Assembly (NCBI GenBank): GCA_965242865.1
Contig: CBDETK010000013.1
Location: 4,000,001 to 4,064,000, forward strand
Direction: 5' to 3'
Source: Candidatus Latescibacterota bacterium
Lineage (GTDB): Bacteria; Latescibacterota; UBA2968; UBA8231
DNA: 64,000 bases
The first letter of the stretch is position 1, and each line of letters starts with the position of its first letter. The translations under genes were made by a program, and so were the position numbers. Below the pieces are notes generated by a model, which was not told the origin of the DNA, made no database searches, and was given only the letters and a program-made list of their open reading frames with translations. Positions 1 through 9,277 of the stretch are shown in pieces.

Positions 1-83
1 ACGGCGAGCCGGAACGGCGCAGCGGCCGCGAGGAAATGCTGGAAAACATCGTCAATAGCTATTTGTGAGGGGGTATTCCTTCC

Positions 84-815
84 CTAAGCGTCGATCATCG
101 CCTGCATCTTCGCGGCGACCCAGTCAATGGCCACATCGGCCATCACCCGGCCTTTCTTGGGTGTGGCCAAGTCGCGGCCCGCCTCAAAGTAGATCGGGTC
201 GCGCGGAGCGTAGCTTTCGCTCTTGATGTCGAGGTTGGCCGCTGCGTAATCAACCCCTTTCCACTGCACGTTCTCGGGAAACGCCGCCATGGCAAACGAG
301 GTCTCAAACTCGGCCGCATGCGCCGGGCAATCCCCCGAGTCCAGCACTTGGGCGACCAACTCCTCTGAATACGCGGCCCAATACGAATAAAACTGCACGT
401 CCATACCCAGCCCCTTGCTGAAGTCCTCGACTTGGCCGCCCAAGGGGCTGTTGCCGGCGTGGCCATTGCATATCAGGACGCGCTCAATCCCGTGCCGCTT
501 GAGCGACTCGCACACGTCGTAGGCTACGGCAAAGAAGGTCTCCGGCCGCAGGCTCAAGGTGCCGGGGAATTCCATCCAGTGCTCGGAGATGCCTACGGAC
601 AGGGGCGTGGCCACCACCACTTGCGGATAGAGCTGTAAGGCCGCTTGGTGCGCGACATGCGCCGCGCTGGCGGTGTCGTGCTCCATCGCCAAGTGCTCGT
701 TGTGCTGCTCCGTGCTGCCGGTGGGCAAAATCGCGCCCTTGATCAGGCCCTGTTCCAGCCGCTCGCGCATGTGGCGGCGGGTCAATTTCCACAGCCGTAC
801 TTCTTCGACGATCAT
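84..815 (-). CDS. Creatininase / mycofactocin-peptidase family amidohydrolase
   Basis: Motifs LPTGSTEQHxxHL, GxSxHWxxFPGT, NGHAGN, HAAEFETS. Start placed at MIVEE (ATG 815), in frame with the ORF track. Confidence 0.85.
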   Translation of the reverse strand: MIVEEVRLWKLTRRHMRERLEQGLIKGAILPTGSTEQHNEHLAMEHDTASAAHVAHQAALQLYPQVVVATPLSVGISEHWMEFPGTLSLRPETFFAVAYDVCESLKRHGIERVLICNGHAGNSPLGGQVEDFSKGLGMDVQFYSYWAAYSEELVAQVLDSGDCPAHAAEFETSFAMAAFPENVQWKGVDYAAANLDIKSESYAPRDPIYFEAGRDLATPKKGRVMADVAIDWVAAKMQAMIDA

Positions 816-957
816 CGTTTTACTCCTTTGGATTCGCGTTTGATAGGGCAACTTGCAGGGCCTATCATGCAAAATTAATCGACCGCAGACAACGCCCATG
901 CCCATCGCTTGCTGTTTTTTGCTCTTGGCCGCTCTGTATTGAGGGCCGACTAGCGGC

Positions 958-2433
958 TCAAGCCCGCCACAAGTCGAGCTGCGGTCGGTCGCCGATTTGG
1001 ATTAGCGATCCAGCCGCTTCAAAGGGCATGCGCCCGCCAATGCAGTACGTACACAAGGCGCGCTCGGGCAGGCCAGCCTGTGCAAAGGCATTGAGCATCC
1101 CCTGCTGCGACAAGTAAATCACCGGCATTCCCATTGCCTCGCCAATGGCCTCGGCCGTGCGCCCCCGTGCGATAAACTCGTCGCCCGGCGGCGGGTCTGG
1201 CGGCATATCCACCCCAAAGGTGCATCCCCTCGGTACGCCATCGTCGCCGATGATGCCAATCGGCGGCGTGTAACTCACCAAATAGGCTCGCTCAACGCCA
1301 GCCTCCTCGTAGAGCAGGTCGCAGGCCCGCTTGGAATTGTTGCCGCGCACGATGCTGTCGTCAATCAGGATCACGGTCTTGCCCTGGAGCTTTCGCGCCA
1401 TCCCGGGCAAAAGGTGCAAGTTCTGGCCAATCGAGTCCTTGCGATCGTCAGCGGTTGAACCTTGGAACGAGCGCTCGCCGCGCATCTTGTAGAACACGGG
1501 TTCAAAGGGCAATTCCGCCTGCTTGGCGTAGGCGCGGGCCGCCACCTCGGGACAGCGCGGCAGATACGTGACCAGATCGCCGTCGGGCGGCAGAAATTCC
1601 TCGCTGAGCATCTCGCCTAGGGATTCGCGGATGCGGCGCACGCTGACGCCGTTGATGATCGAGTCGAGGTCGGTGATGTAGTTCCATTCAAAAAAGCAAT
1701 AGGCCGGGTTGGTCTTGACCACGACTTCCTTGCGGTAATCCCCTTCGGGCGTGAGATAGTAGATCGCTCCCGGCTCCAAGTCCTCGACGTATTCGCCGCC
1801 GTTTTTGCGGAAGGCGATGTCCTCCGAGGCCATCACGTGCTTGCCGTCCTTCCAACCGAGGACTCCGGGTTTGATCCCGGTGCGATCGCGTATTGCGATC
1901 ACGTCGCGTTCGCGCTTGTCGGCAATGGCCAAGGTATAGGCTCCGGGCACCTCCTTGAGGAAGTTGTACGCGCCGCGCTCGCGGTAGAGGTACAGCAGGG
2001 CCTCTGTGTCGCAGCTCGAATACAAGTGCAAGGGCGCCGAGTCCTCGAAGAAGACCCGGTCGATTTGGCCGTTGTGGACAGCCGCTAGGTCGCAGTCCCA
2101 GATCAGGATGTGGTTGTCGCGGTGTTCGACCGTGCCGCCGATGACGTGCGGATGCGCCTCCTCGAGGATTTTGTCCTTTGAGCCGCGGGTGGCGTAGCGC
2201 ACGTGGGCCATGTACGTGTGGTAGTTGGGGCTGAGGAAAATTTTGTGGAGATCGGTTACGTCAAAGCGCGAAACCCCGCCCTTCCACTTGATCACGTCGA
2301 TGCGGTCGTCCCCGACAGCCGCAATGCCGGCCGCCTCGCGGCCTCGATGCTGGAGCGAATGGATAAAGCGGTAGGCGTCGTGGAGAGAGTGAGCTATGGT
2401 CAGACCACAGTTGTGGCGCACGACCTCGGCCAT
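958..2433 (-). CDS. purF: Amidophosphoribosyltransferase-like (Ntn glutamine amidotransferase + PRTase), divergent
   Basis: Short propeptide then CG; LQHRG, HVRYAT, HNG, DDSIVRG PRPP loop; Cys ligands CFFE, CTFG, CTYC. Confidence 0.75.
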   Translation of the reverse strand: MAEVVRHNCGLTIAHSLHDAYRFIHSLQHRGREAAGIAAVGDDRIDVIKWKGGVSRFDVTDLHKIFLSPNYHTYMAHVRYATRGSKDKILEEAHPHVIGGTVEHRDNHILIWDCDLAAVHNGQIDRVFFEDSAPLHLYSSCDTEALLYLYRERGAYNFLKEVPGAYTLAIADKRERDVIAIRDRTGIKPGVLGWKDGKHVMASEDIAFRKNGGEYVEDLEPGAIYYLTPEGDYRKEVVVKTNPAYCFFEWNYITDLDSIINGVSVRRIRESLGEMLSEEFLPPDGDLVTYLPRCPEVAARAYAKQAELPFEPVFYKMRGERSFQGSTADDRKDSIGQNLHLLPGMARKLQGKTVILIDDSIVRGNNSKRACDLLYEEAGVERAYLVSYTPPIGIIGDDGVPRGCTFGVDMPPDPPPGDEFIARGRTAEAIGEAMGMPVIYLSQQGMLNAFAQAGLPERALCTYCIGGRMPFEAAGSLIQIGDRPQLDLWRA

Positions 2434-2511
2434 GGACGGACCTCGCGAGAATTGAGCAGAGAATGTAGCAAAAAATTACAGGCGATGGCGCGGCGCGGCA
2501 AGGCCGCAGGG

Positions 2512-3882
2512 CTACAACGTCAGAATCAGCCCTTGTGCCAAGAGCGACTCAACCGTCTGGGCAAACGCCGCGGTCGATTCTTCGATGTCTTGGGCCGTGT
2601 GGGCCGACGAGAGTACGCCGCCGGTGGAGCTCATGTTATCGACCCCGTAAAAGCGCAAATTGCGCTGGTACTCTTCGATCAGCTTCCCCGGCATCCCCTT
2701 GAGCCGCTCAGCCTCGGTCGTGTGCAAATCCGCCCGGCTATGGGCCTTTTGTGCGTGCGGGTGCTCGGTTTCAAAATAGACGTGAAAGGTCGAACACGCG
2801 CCATATACGTACCCCGCGATGCCGCGGCGTTCCAAAACTTCGTCCCAAGCAGCGCGCAGGTCCGCGGCGCGGGCGTTGGCTTGGTCTATCGGCTCGCCCG
2901 TGGCCACGCGCTTGAGCACGGCAATTCCAGCCGCAGCCGAAAGCGGTGCTCCGTTAAAAGTCCCTTGGTGCGTCACGGGCGGGCGGGAATCGCCCGACAC
3001 ATCGAAGAGCTCCATAATGTCCGCTCGTCCCACCACAGCCCCGCCGGGCATGCCGCCGGCTACCACCTTGGCAAAACAAGATAGATCCGGCCGCAGCCCG
3101 TAGAGCACTTGGGCACCGCCCGGACTGAAGCGAAAGCCGGTGACGACCTCGTCGAAAATCAGCACCACCCCGCGGGCGCGGGTTATTGTTTGTAGATCGC
3201 GCAAAAACTCCGGTGCTAGGGGCACCCGGCCCCACGAGCCGCCCGATGGCTCAATGATCGCCGCAGCAATATCGCCCTCTGCATCGAGGACGTCGGCGAC
3301 TTGGGCTGCATCCCCGGCCGGTACGCAGACGATGCGGTCGCGCACCTGGGGGGGAATGCCCAACGAGCCATCCGCATCAAAGGGCGGCTGAACGCCGCGC
3401 ATCACGTCGTCGTGCCACCCGTGGAAGTGGCCGGCAAAGCGCAGGACTTTGGGGCGGCCGGTAAAAGCCCGCGCCAAGCGCAGCGCTAGCAAGGTCGCCT
3501 CCGTCCCCGAATTGACCAAACGCACTCGTTCGGCCGAGGGGACCAGGGCTTGGATGCGCTCGGCCCACTCGAGGTGCAATGGATGGTCGTTGCCAAAGTG
3601 CGTCCCGCGCTCCACCGCCGCGGCAATGGCCGCTACGACTTCGGCTGGCGCGTGTCCCAAGAGCAAGGCCCCGTTGCCGAGCAGAAAGTCGATGAACTCG
3701 TTGCCATCGACATCCCACTTGCGGCCGCCGCTCCCCCGCTCGATATAGAGCGGCACCGGCGTTGCGTAGCGCAGGTCGTGCCCGGCCTTGCCGCCGAGCA
3801 CCTTGCAAGCGCGAGCAAAGTACTCCTGCGACCGGGGACGCGCTGCGGCGTAGGCCGCGTATATTTCGCTGTGCATTGCCAT
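2512..3882 (-). CDS. PLP-dependent aminotransferase class III (glutamate-1-semialdehyde aminomutase-like)
   Basis: WDVDGNEFID, NSGTEA, FHGWHD, FDEVVTGFR, AKVVAGGMP, GTFNG. Lacks the typical HemL GVNSPVR, so no symbol. Start at MAMHS. Confidence 0.85.
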   Translation of the reverse strand: MAMHSEIYAAYAAARPRSQEYFARACKVLGGKAGHDLRYATPVPLYIERGSGGRKWDVDGNEFIDFLLGNGALLLGHAPAEVVAAIAAAVERGTHFGNDHPLHLEWAERIQALVPSAERVRLVNSGTEATLLALRLARAFTGRPKVLRFAGHFHGWHDDVMRGVQPPFDADGSLGIPPQVRDRIVCVPAGDAAQVADVLDAEGDIAAAIIEPSGGSWGRVPLAPEFLRDLQTITRARGVVLIFDEVVTGFRFSPGGAQVLYGLRPDLSCFAKVVAGGMPGGAVVGRADIMELFDVSGDSRPPVTHQGTFNGAPLSAAAGIAVLKRVATGEPIDQANARAADLRAAWDEVLERRGIAGYVYGACSTFHVYFETEHPHAQKAHSRADLHTTEAERLKGMPGKLIEEYQRNLRFYGVDNMSSTGGVLSSAHTAQDIEESTAAFAQTVESLLAQGLILTL

Positions 3883-3898
3883 AGCCTTTATAGCCTTT

Positions 3899-4471
3899 CT
3901 ACCTACGACCGTCCGCCGCAAGCGGTAATCGTCTGTCCGGTGATTCTTCTTTAGTGAACCTATTGAGTTCATCCGGGAACCATTCTACGAAAGCCTTCGC
4001 ATCAGAGTAGAGTTTGTATATTTCTTCGGAGGTTTTCTCAAGTGAGAAGCTGCCATAGTCGCCATGAACAAGACGATTTCTCTCACGACCAATTTCTAAG
4101 AATGCCTGTATAGATAGTTCTACGTCGTTATTCGTTTTCACCTTTTCCGTTATGTGATTCTTGAAGGAATCTCCAAATAGACTAAAAAACCTATTGGCAT
4201 TCTTCTTCTCCCAATCAAACCATGTGTGGTACTGGCGACTCACTGCTTTGTTTTGCACAAGCCACTTTATAGGATGATCTTTTCCAGTAACCTGTTCCAC
4301 AAAATTGACCACTACCTCCGTCATAGACCGTTCAAAATAGCTCGCGGCAGCTACCAACAATACTTTCCTGAAGTTTTCATCTGCAACACTGCGCCATGAA
4401 ATTTCGCCTGACTTGTACAAGAAGGTCAATATATCAGAGAAATCCTTGTATAAGCCATCAATAACACTCAT
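3899..4471 (-). CDS. HEPN-domain protein (RiboL-PSP-HEPN-like), putative RNase effector
   Basis: RNRLVH (Rx4H) motif and N-terminal AAASYFE helix. Low GC; translationally coupled to the DUF262 gene (overlap at 4471). Confidence 0.75.
   Translation of the reverse strand: MSVIDGLYKDFSDILTFLYKSGEISWRSVADENFRKVLLVAAASYFERSMTEVVVNFVEQVTGKDHPIKWLVQNKAVSRQYHTWFDWEKKNANRFFSLFGDSFKNHITEKVKTNNDVELSIQAFLEIGRERNRLVHGDYGSFSLEKTSEEIYKLYSDAKAFVEWFPDELNRFTKEESPDRRLPLAADGRR
3947..3959 (+). repeat. 13-bp direct repeat TTCTTTAGTGAAC, copy 1 (copy 2 at 5734-5746)
   Basis: Identical 13-mers close to both ends of the low-GC DUF262-HEPN block. Confidence 0.6.
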
Positions 4472-5643
4472 CAGAATTCGGCTCCCCCCACAAGTTCTCG
4501 TGCCCTATTCAGTCTCTTATGTACATTTGAGGTGGCCGTAGTGCCTACTCGGCTCGCTTCAGCGAACTCCTTGTCTTTTTCGAGTGCTTGCAGGTGCTCT
4601 ATGTCTATTTCACCAGCGACGACGCGTCGTTCTGCAAATGCCTTCTCACAGACAACCGTAAAAACTGACTCATAGAGCGCAACGTTAAACCGATTGTTTA
4701 TCTTATTTTTGAAAGCAATGTCCGGCAAATTGGAGCATGCCTCTAGGAAAGACTCAAAAAGTTTCCGGCAGTACACATTCTGCTCTGGACGTTGATCTTT
4801 ACATTTTCTAGAAAACTGGTTCAAGAATTTGGCCAGAGAAGGCGCGTAATTATCGCCATCGACAAGTGTGGCAAACCCACGAAGAAGAAATTCAATGTCC
4901 CTCATATGTAAATCAGGTATGGATTGTCCCAAAATTCTCCGCCACTTCGGCAGATTATTAATATCGTACAGTACATTGTAGAAATCCGAGTGATACATAC
5001 TAGTGCGAATTTCTTGTGGACTCAGGGTTATACCGCCCGTATTGAGTCGGTTAAATATCTCATATATTGAGGAGTCGTCGGAGGGCGTATTCTGTTTGAC
5101 GACAATATTTCTTATTGGTCGTAAATCGAACTGGGTCTTGTAGTCACCAAGCGTCGCGTAGTTCAGACCCTTAAACATATTTGGATGATTGGGAATTTTT
5201 TCAGGCAGCCGGAGGTTGAAAGGCTGAAAATAGCTAGCGTCGTGCAGTATTTCTTCTGGAATATATCCCTCTTTATCGAATATAGAGCGAAGTTTTACTC
5301 GCGTTTCTTTCCGCGGGAATCGCTTCTTGATAAAATAGTAAATCGACATCAGGCGCTGTTGGCCATCTATGACGAGAAACTTGTTATGATCCTGTTCGTA
5401 AAGGAACAGTTGTGGTACTGGTAGGCCGAGTATGAGGGATTCGATCAATTTAGAGGCACGCCCTAAATCCCAGACGAAGTTGCGCTGAAAGCCGGGAATG
5501 CGTACCGCACCAGATTCCACGAAGCTGTGCAATGTCATTACATTGAAATCGTTGGGAGATACGGTAATGTCGTACTCCTCGACTTGTACCTCGTCCGCGT
5601 CTTCTGCGTAATCATCAAACCAAGATTGTCCGTTTTCGTCCAT
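4471..5643 (-). CDS. DUF262 (GmrSD N-terminal / ParB-like) protein
   Basis: FQRNFVW, SLILGLPVP, IDGQQR and FNRLN are hallmark DUF262 motifs. Confidence 0.85.
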   Translation of the reverse strand: MDENGQSWFDDYAEDADEVQVEEYDITVSPNDFNVMTLHSFVESGAVRIPGFQRNFVWDLGRASKLIESLILGLPVPQLFLYEQDHNKFLVIDGQQRLMSIYYFIKKRFPRKETRVKLRSIFDKEGYIPEEILHDASYFQPFNLRLPEKIPNHPNMFKGLNYATLGDYKTQFDLRPIRNIVVKQNTPSDDSSIYEIFNRLNTGGITLSPQEIRTSMYHSDFYNVLYDINNLPKWRRILGQSIPDLHMRDIEFLLRGFATLVDGDNYAPSLAKFLNQFSRKCKDQRPEQNVYCRKLFESFLEACSNLPDIAFKNKINNRFNVALYESVFTVVCEKAFAERRVVAGEIDIEHLQALEKDKEFAEASRVGTTATSNVHKRLNRARELVGGAEF

Positions 5644-5692
5644 CTTATCCTCTTTCTGATGAAGGGCTCTTAAAGCCCATTTCGGGCTCGGG

Positions 5693-5718
5693 GCCGAAGA
5701 CCTTGCAAGGTCTTCGGC
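5693..5718. repeat. Perfect 26-bp palindrome GCCGAAGACCTTGCAAGGTCTTCGGC (REP-like)
   Basis: The sequence is its own reverse complement. Confidence 0.7.
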
Positions 5719-5872
5719 AGCGCGTCCCGCATTTTCTTTAGTGAACTGGCCCGGACGGAAAGCCGGGATGCTATCCCTGTACGCTCCGCTCCTTTCACGC
5801 CCTGCCTATTAGAAGAAAGCGGCCACACCCGCTATGGATGCAGCCGCGTCGTCGAACTTCTGGCGCCGGGTG

Positions 5873-6211
5873 CTAAACAGCCGCGTCGCCGGTCTCCCCG
5901 GTGCGGATCCGCACTACTTCATCTACCGATAGCATGAAAATTTTGCCGTCGCCGATGCGCCCGGTCTGCGCGGCCTCGCGCACGGCCCCCAAGCACTGCT
6001 CGGCGAGGTCGTCCCGGACCACCACTTCAACCTTGATCTTGGGGGTAAAATCGACGACGTACTCGGCGCCGCGGTATATCTCTTTATGGCCCTTCTGGCG
6101 GCCAAAACCCTTGACTTCGCTGACCGTGATGCCTTGGATGCCCAACCCGCTCAACGATTCCTTGATCGCGTCTAATGCGTTGGGCCGCACTACGCACATT
6201 AGCAGTTTCAT
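5873..6211 (-). CDS. glnB: Nitrogen regulatory protein P-II
   Basis: GFGRQKGHKEIYRGAEY T-loop, TGRIGDGKIF and RIRTGE; 112 aa. glnB versus glnK cannot be resolved. Confidence 0.9.
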   Translation of the reverse strand: MKLLMCVVRPNALDAIKESLSGLGIQGITVSEVKGFGRQKGHKEIYRGAEYVVDFTPKIKVEVVVRDDLAEQCLGAVREAAQTGRIGDGKIFMLSVDEVVRIRTGETGDAAV

Positions 6212-6331
6212 GTCGCCACCTCCTCGCGTGTCGGTGCTTAGGGAAGGGGAAGGTAGTTTGCCGCACTCTCTGGCGCAATAGGTGCAATCGCTTTAGACTG
6301 TTGGCTTTGCTTTTTCGCTACCTTCTATAAT

Positions 6332-8290
6332 ATGACGCTTGTGAATGCAGTGCCGGCCGGGTGCCTGCTGGTGCTCGTGGCCCTTCGGGCAAGTCAAGCG
6401 ACGCCCCCGCCGGCCGAGGGCGACATCCCTCGCACCGCGTGGCCCGAAAGCTGGTTCCACCCGCCGCGCACGGCCGCGGAAATCGGCTTGACGACCTTCG
6501 GCCAGTCGCCCATGCTCGACGAACTCGTGGCGGCCGGCGAACTGCCGCCGGTGGAGGAGCGGCTCCCGGACGACCCGATTGTCGTCGAGCCGCTCGACGG
6601 GATTGGGACGTATGGGGGCACCGCTCGGCTCTTCCTCGCCGGCGAGCAGCTCCTCAACGTGCCCGAAGGAACCCTGCGCCCAGGCCCGCAGCTCCAGCTA
6701 ACGCTGCCCAACTTTGCCGAGCGCGTCGAGTACCACGACGACGCCCACACCCTGACGGTCGCCCTCCGGCCCGGCCACAAGTGGTCGGATGGGCACCCGG
6801 TGACGGCCGACGACTTTGTCTTTTGGTTCGACCGCGTCCAGATGAACAAAAGCCTCACGCCCGTGGTGTCGCCGCGCTTTAAGGGGGCCCGCATTGAAAA
6901 ACGCGGTCCTCACCTCTTTAGCTATCACTTTCCCCAGCCGATGCCGCTTTTTGTCAAGCACCTCGCCCACAATAGCTCGCACCTGTCGGCCCCGGCGCAC
7001 TTTATGCGCCGCTACCATCCCGACTTTACCGACGCGGACCAGCTCGCACGCGAAGCAGCCGAGCTCGGCCTGCAAGACTGGCGCACGTACTTCCAAGCCG
7101 TTGTCAATACCCGCGACCTAATGGTCTTTCACAAGCCGGTGCAGACCGCTTATGTGGTGGTCAGCAAGACCTCGACGCGCGTCCGCTATCGCCGCAACCC
7201 CTATTACCCCAAAGTAGATCCAGCCGGCAACCAACTGCCCTACATAGATTACCTTGAAGTCCAGCGGGTTGACAGCCCCGAGATCATGGCGGCCAAGGCC
7301 GCCACCGGGCAGGTCGATTTTGCCGGGCGGCAGTTTAAGACCGCCGACATTCCGCTGTTTAAGCGCTTTGAACGAGACAATGGCTATGCGACGTACCTCT
7401 GGCCCCGTCCCTACGGCTCGGACGTGGCCCTGATGGTCAACATGACCCACCCCGATGCGCGTCTCAGGCAAATTTTTCAAGATGTGCGCTTTCGCCGCGC
7501 CCTCTCGCTGGCCATTGACCGCGCCGAGATCAACGACATTGCCTATTACGGGCAGGGCATGCCTCGGCAGTTGACGGTCGTACCGTCGAGCCGCTACTTT
7601 GAGCCGGCCTTTGCCACCGCTTGGGCCGAGCACGATCCACAGCGCGCCCGCGCCTTGCTCGACGAGATGGGGTTGGTAGATCGCGACGGCGATGGCCGGC
7701 GCGAGCATCCCGATGGCCGCCCGCTTGAAATCACGCTGGAGTACACGCTTGGGGAGACGCCTAAGCAAGTTACTGTGGATTTGGTAACGGCCCACTGGCG
7801 AGAAGTAGGGCTGCACATCAACCGCAAGCAAATAAGCGGCGCCCTGCAAGGCATCCGCACCCGAGGCGGAGTCATGGACATGAGCATCTGGCACGCCGAC
7901 CGCAACGCCGACATCCTCTTTCCCATCGAGCCTTTTTGGTACGTGCCCATGCACGTAGGGCAGGAGGTGACCCAGTGGCCGGAGTGGTCGCGGTGGTATC
8001 GGTCGGACGGAGGGCGCGGCTGGCTGCCGCCGGCCAAAGTCCGCGACCTAATCGCTTGGTGGGAGGTGCTCCGCCGCACCTCAGACCTCCAAGAGCGCAT
8101 TGCTATGGGCAAGAAAATTCTCCAGAGCCAAGCCGAAAACCTGTGGGCACTCGGCATCATCGGCCTAGGGCCACACCCGGTCATCGTCAGCAATCGGCTG
8201 CACAATGTCCCGCGCCAAGGCTATTGGGGGTGGGATTCGCGCTGGTCTTGGCCCTACTATCCAGAGACTTGGTATCTGCAACAAAACTGA
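6332..8290 (+). CDS. ABC transporter substrate-binding protein (peptide/nickel family 5)
   Basis: ELPPVEERLP, GTYGG, KWSDGHPVTADD and RNPYYxKVDxxGNQLPYID. Confidence 0.9.
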   Translation: MTLVNAVPAGCLLVLVALRASQATPPPAEGDIPRTAWPESWFHPPRTAAEIGLTTFGQSPMLDELVAAGELPPVEERLPDDPIVVEPLDGIGTYGGTARLFLAGEQLLNVPEGTLRPGPQLQLTLPNFAERVEYHDDAHTLTVALRPGHKWSDGHPVTADDFVFWFDRVQMNKSLTPVVSPRFKGARIEKRGPHLFSYHFPQPMPLFVKHLAHNSSHLSAPAHFMRRYHPDFTDADQLAREAAELGLQDWRTYFQAVVNTRDLMVFHKPVQTAYVVVSKTSTRVRYRRNPYYPKVDPAGNQLPYIDYLEVQRVDSPEIMAAKAATGQVDFAGRQFKTADIPLFKRFERDNGYATYLWPRPYGSDVALMVNMTHPDARLRQIFQDVRFRRALSLAIDRAEINDIAYYGQGMPRQLTVVPSSRYFEPAFATAWAEHDPQRARALLDEMGLVDRDGDGRREHPDGRPLEITLEYTLGETPKQVTVDLVTAHWREVGLHINRKQISGALQGIRTRGGVMDMSIWHADRNADILFPIEPFWYVPMHVGQEVTQWPEWSRWYRSDGGRGWLPPAKVRDLIAWWEVLRRTSDLQERIAMGKKILQSQAENLWALGIIGLGPHPVIVSNRLHNVPRQGYWGWDSRWSWPYYPETWYLQQN

Positions 8291-8293
8291 GCC

Positions 8294-9277
8294 ATGATCA
8301 ACTACATCATCCGCCGCGTCCTGATTATGATCCCCACGCTGCTGGCCGTGTCGGTGCTGGTCTTTGTCGTCATCCAGTTGCCGCCCGGGGACATCATCAC
8401 GTCGCGCCTGCAAGAGTTGCAGGCCGAGGGCCAAGACATCTCCGAGGAACAAATCGCCGCCTTGCGCGCCCGCTACCATCTCGACGACCCGCTGTTCATC
8501 CAATACTGCAAGTGGATGGGCGGCTTCCTACAGGGCGATATGGGCTATTCGGTGATGTATGGCCAGTCGGTCAACAACCTGATCTGGGAGCGGCTTGGCT
8601 ACACCTTGCTGATCACCTCGACCGCTACCTTGCTGACTTGGCTGGTGGCCTTCCCGGTGGGCGTCTATTCGGCCCTGCGCCAGTACTCAGCGCTCGACTA
8701 CACGGCCACGCTCGCGGCCTTCGTCGGCTTGGCCACGCCCAACTTCCTGCTCGCGCTGGTTTTGATGTACTTGGGATACGAGTGGTTTGGGATCGCCGTG
8801 GGCGGGTTGTTTTCGCCCGAGTACGCGAGTGCGCCGTGGAGCTTGGCCAAGCTCGCGGACTTGCTCGGGCACCTGTGGATCCCGGCCGTGGTCATCGGCA
8901 CGGCCGGCATGGCCGGGCTGATGCGGATCATGCGGGCCAACCTCCTCGACGAGCTGGGCAAGCCTTACGTGACGACCGCGCTGGCCAAGGGCTTGGGGCC
9001 GGTCCGCTTGGTGATTAAGTACCCGTTGCGCATTGCCATCAATCCCTTTATCAGCACCGTCGGCTGGATGCTGCCGCACCTGATCTCGGGCTCGGCTATC
9101 ACCAGCGTGGTGTTGAGCCTGCCGACGACCGGCCCCTTGCTGCTCGAATCCCTCCGCAACCAAGACATGTATTTGGCCGGCAGCTTCCTCCTCGTGCTCA
9201 GCGTCCTGACGGTCATCGGCACCTTGCTGTCGGACATTCTCTTGGCCATTGCCGACCCGCGCATCCGCTATGAGTGA
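8294..9277 (+). CDS. ABC transporter permease (DppB/OppB-like)
   Basis: YIIRR N-terminus, EAA-like YVTTALAKG and DPRIRYE end. Confidence 0.9.
   Translation: MINYIIRRVLIMIPTLLAVSVLVFVVIQLPPGDIITSRLQELQAEGQDISEEQIAALRARYHLDDPLFIQYCKWMGGFLQGDMGYSVMYGQSVNNLIWERLGYTLLITSTATLLTWLVAFPVGVYSALRQYSALDYTATLAAFVGLATPNFLLALVLMYLGYEWFGIAVGGLFSPEYASAPWSLAKLADLLGHLWIPAVVIGTAGMAGLMRIMRANLLDELGKPYVTTALAKGLGPVRLVIKYPLRIAINPFISTVGWMLPHLISGSAITSVVLSLPTTGPLLLESLRNQDMYLAGSFLLVLSVLTVIGTLLSDILLAIADPRIRYE

Noticed and set aside
2512-3882. hemL assignment
   Set aside because: The N-terminal HemL signature is absent and there are no hem neighbours; left as a class III aminotransferase.
6271-6286. sigma54 promoter or NtrC site between P-II and the ABC operon (TGGCGCAATAGGTGCA)
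   Set aside because: It partly fits both consensus sequences; too ambiguous to call.
7936-9018. Long alternative-frame ORFs (e.g. 7936-9018, 2203-3084, 44153-45157, 55356-56300)
   Set aside because: They overlap well-supported genes and have Arg/Pro/Ala-rich or antisense composition typical of high-GC off-frame ORFs.
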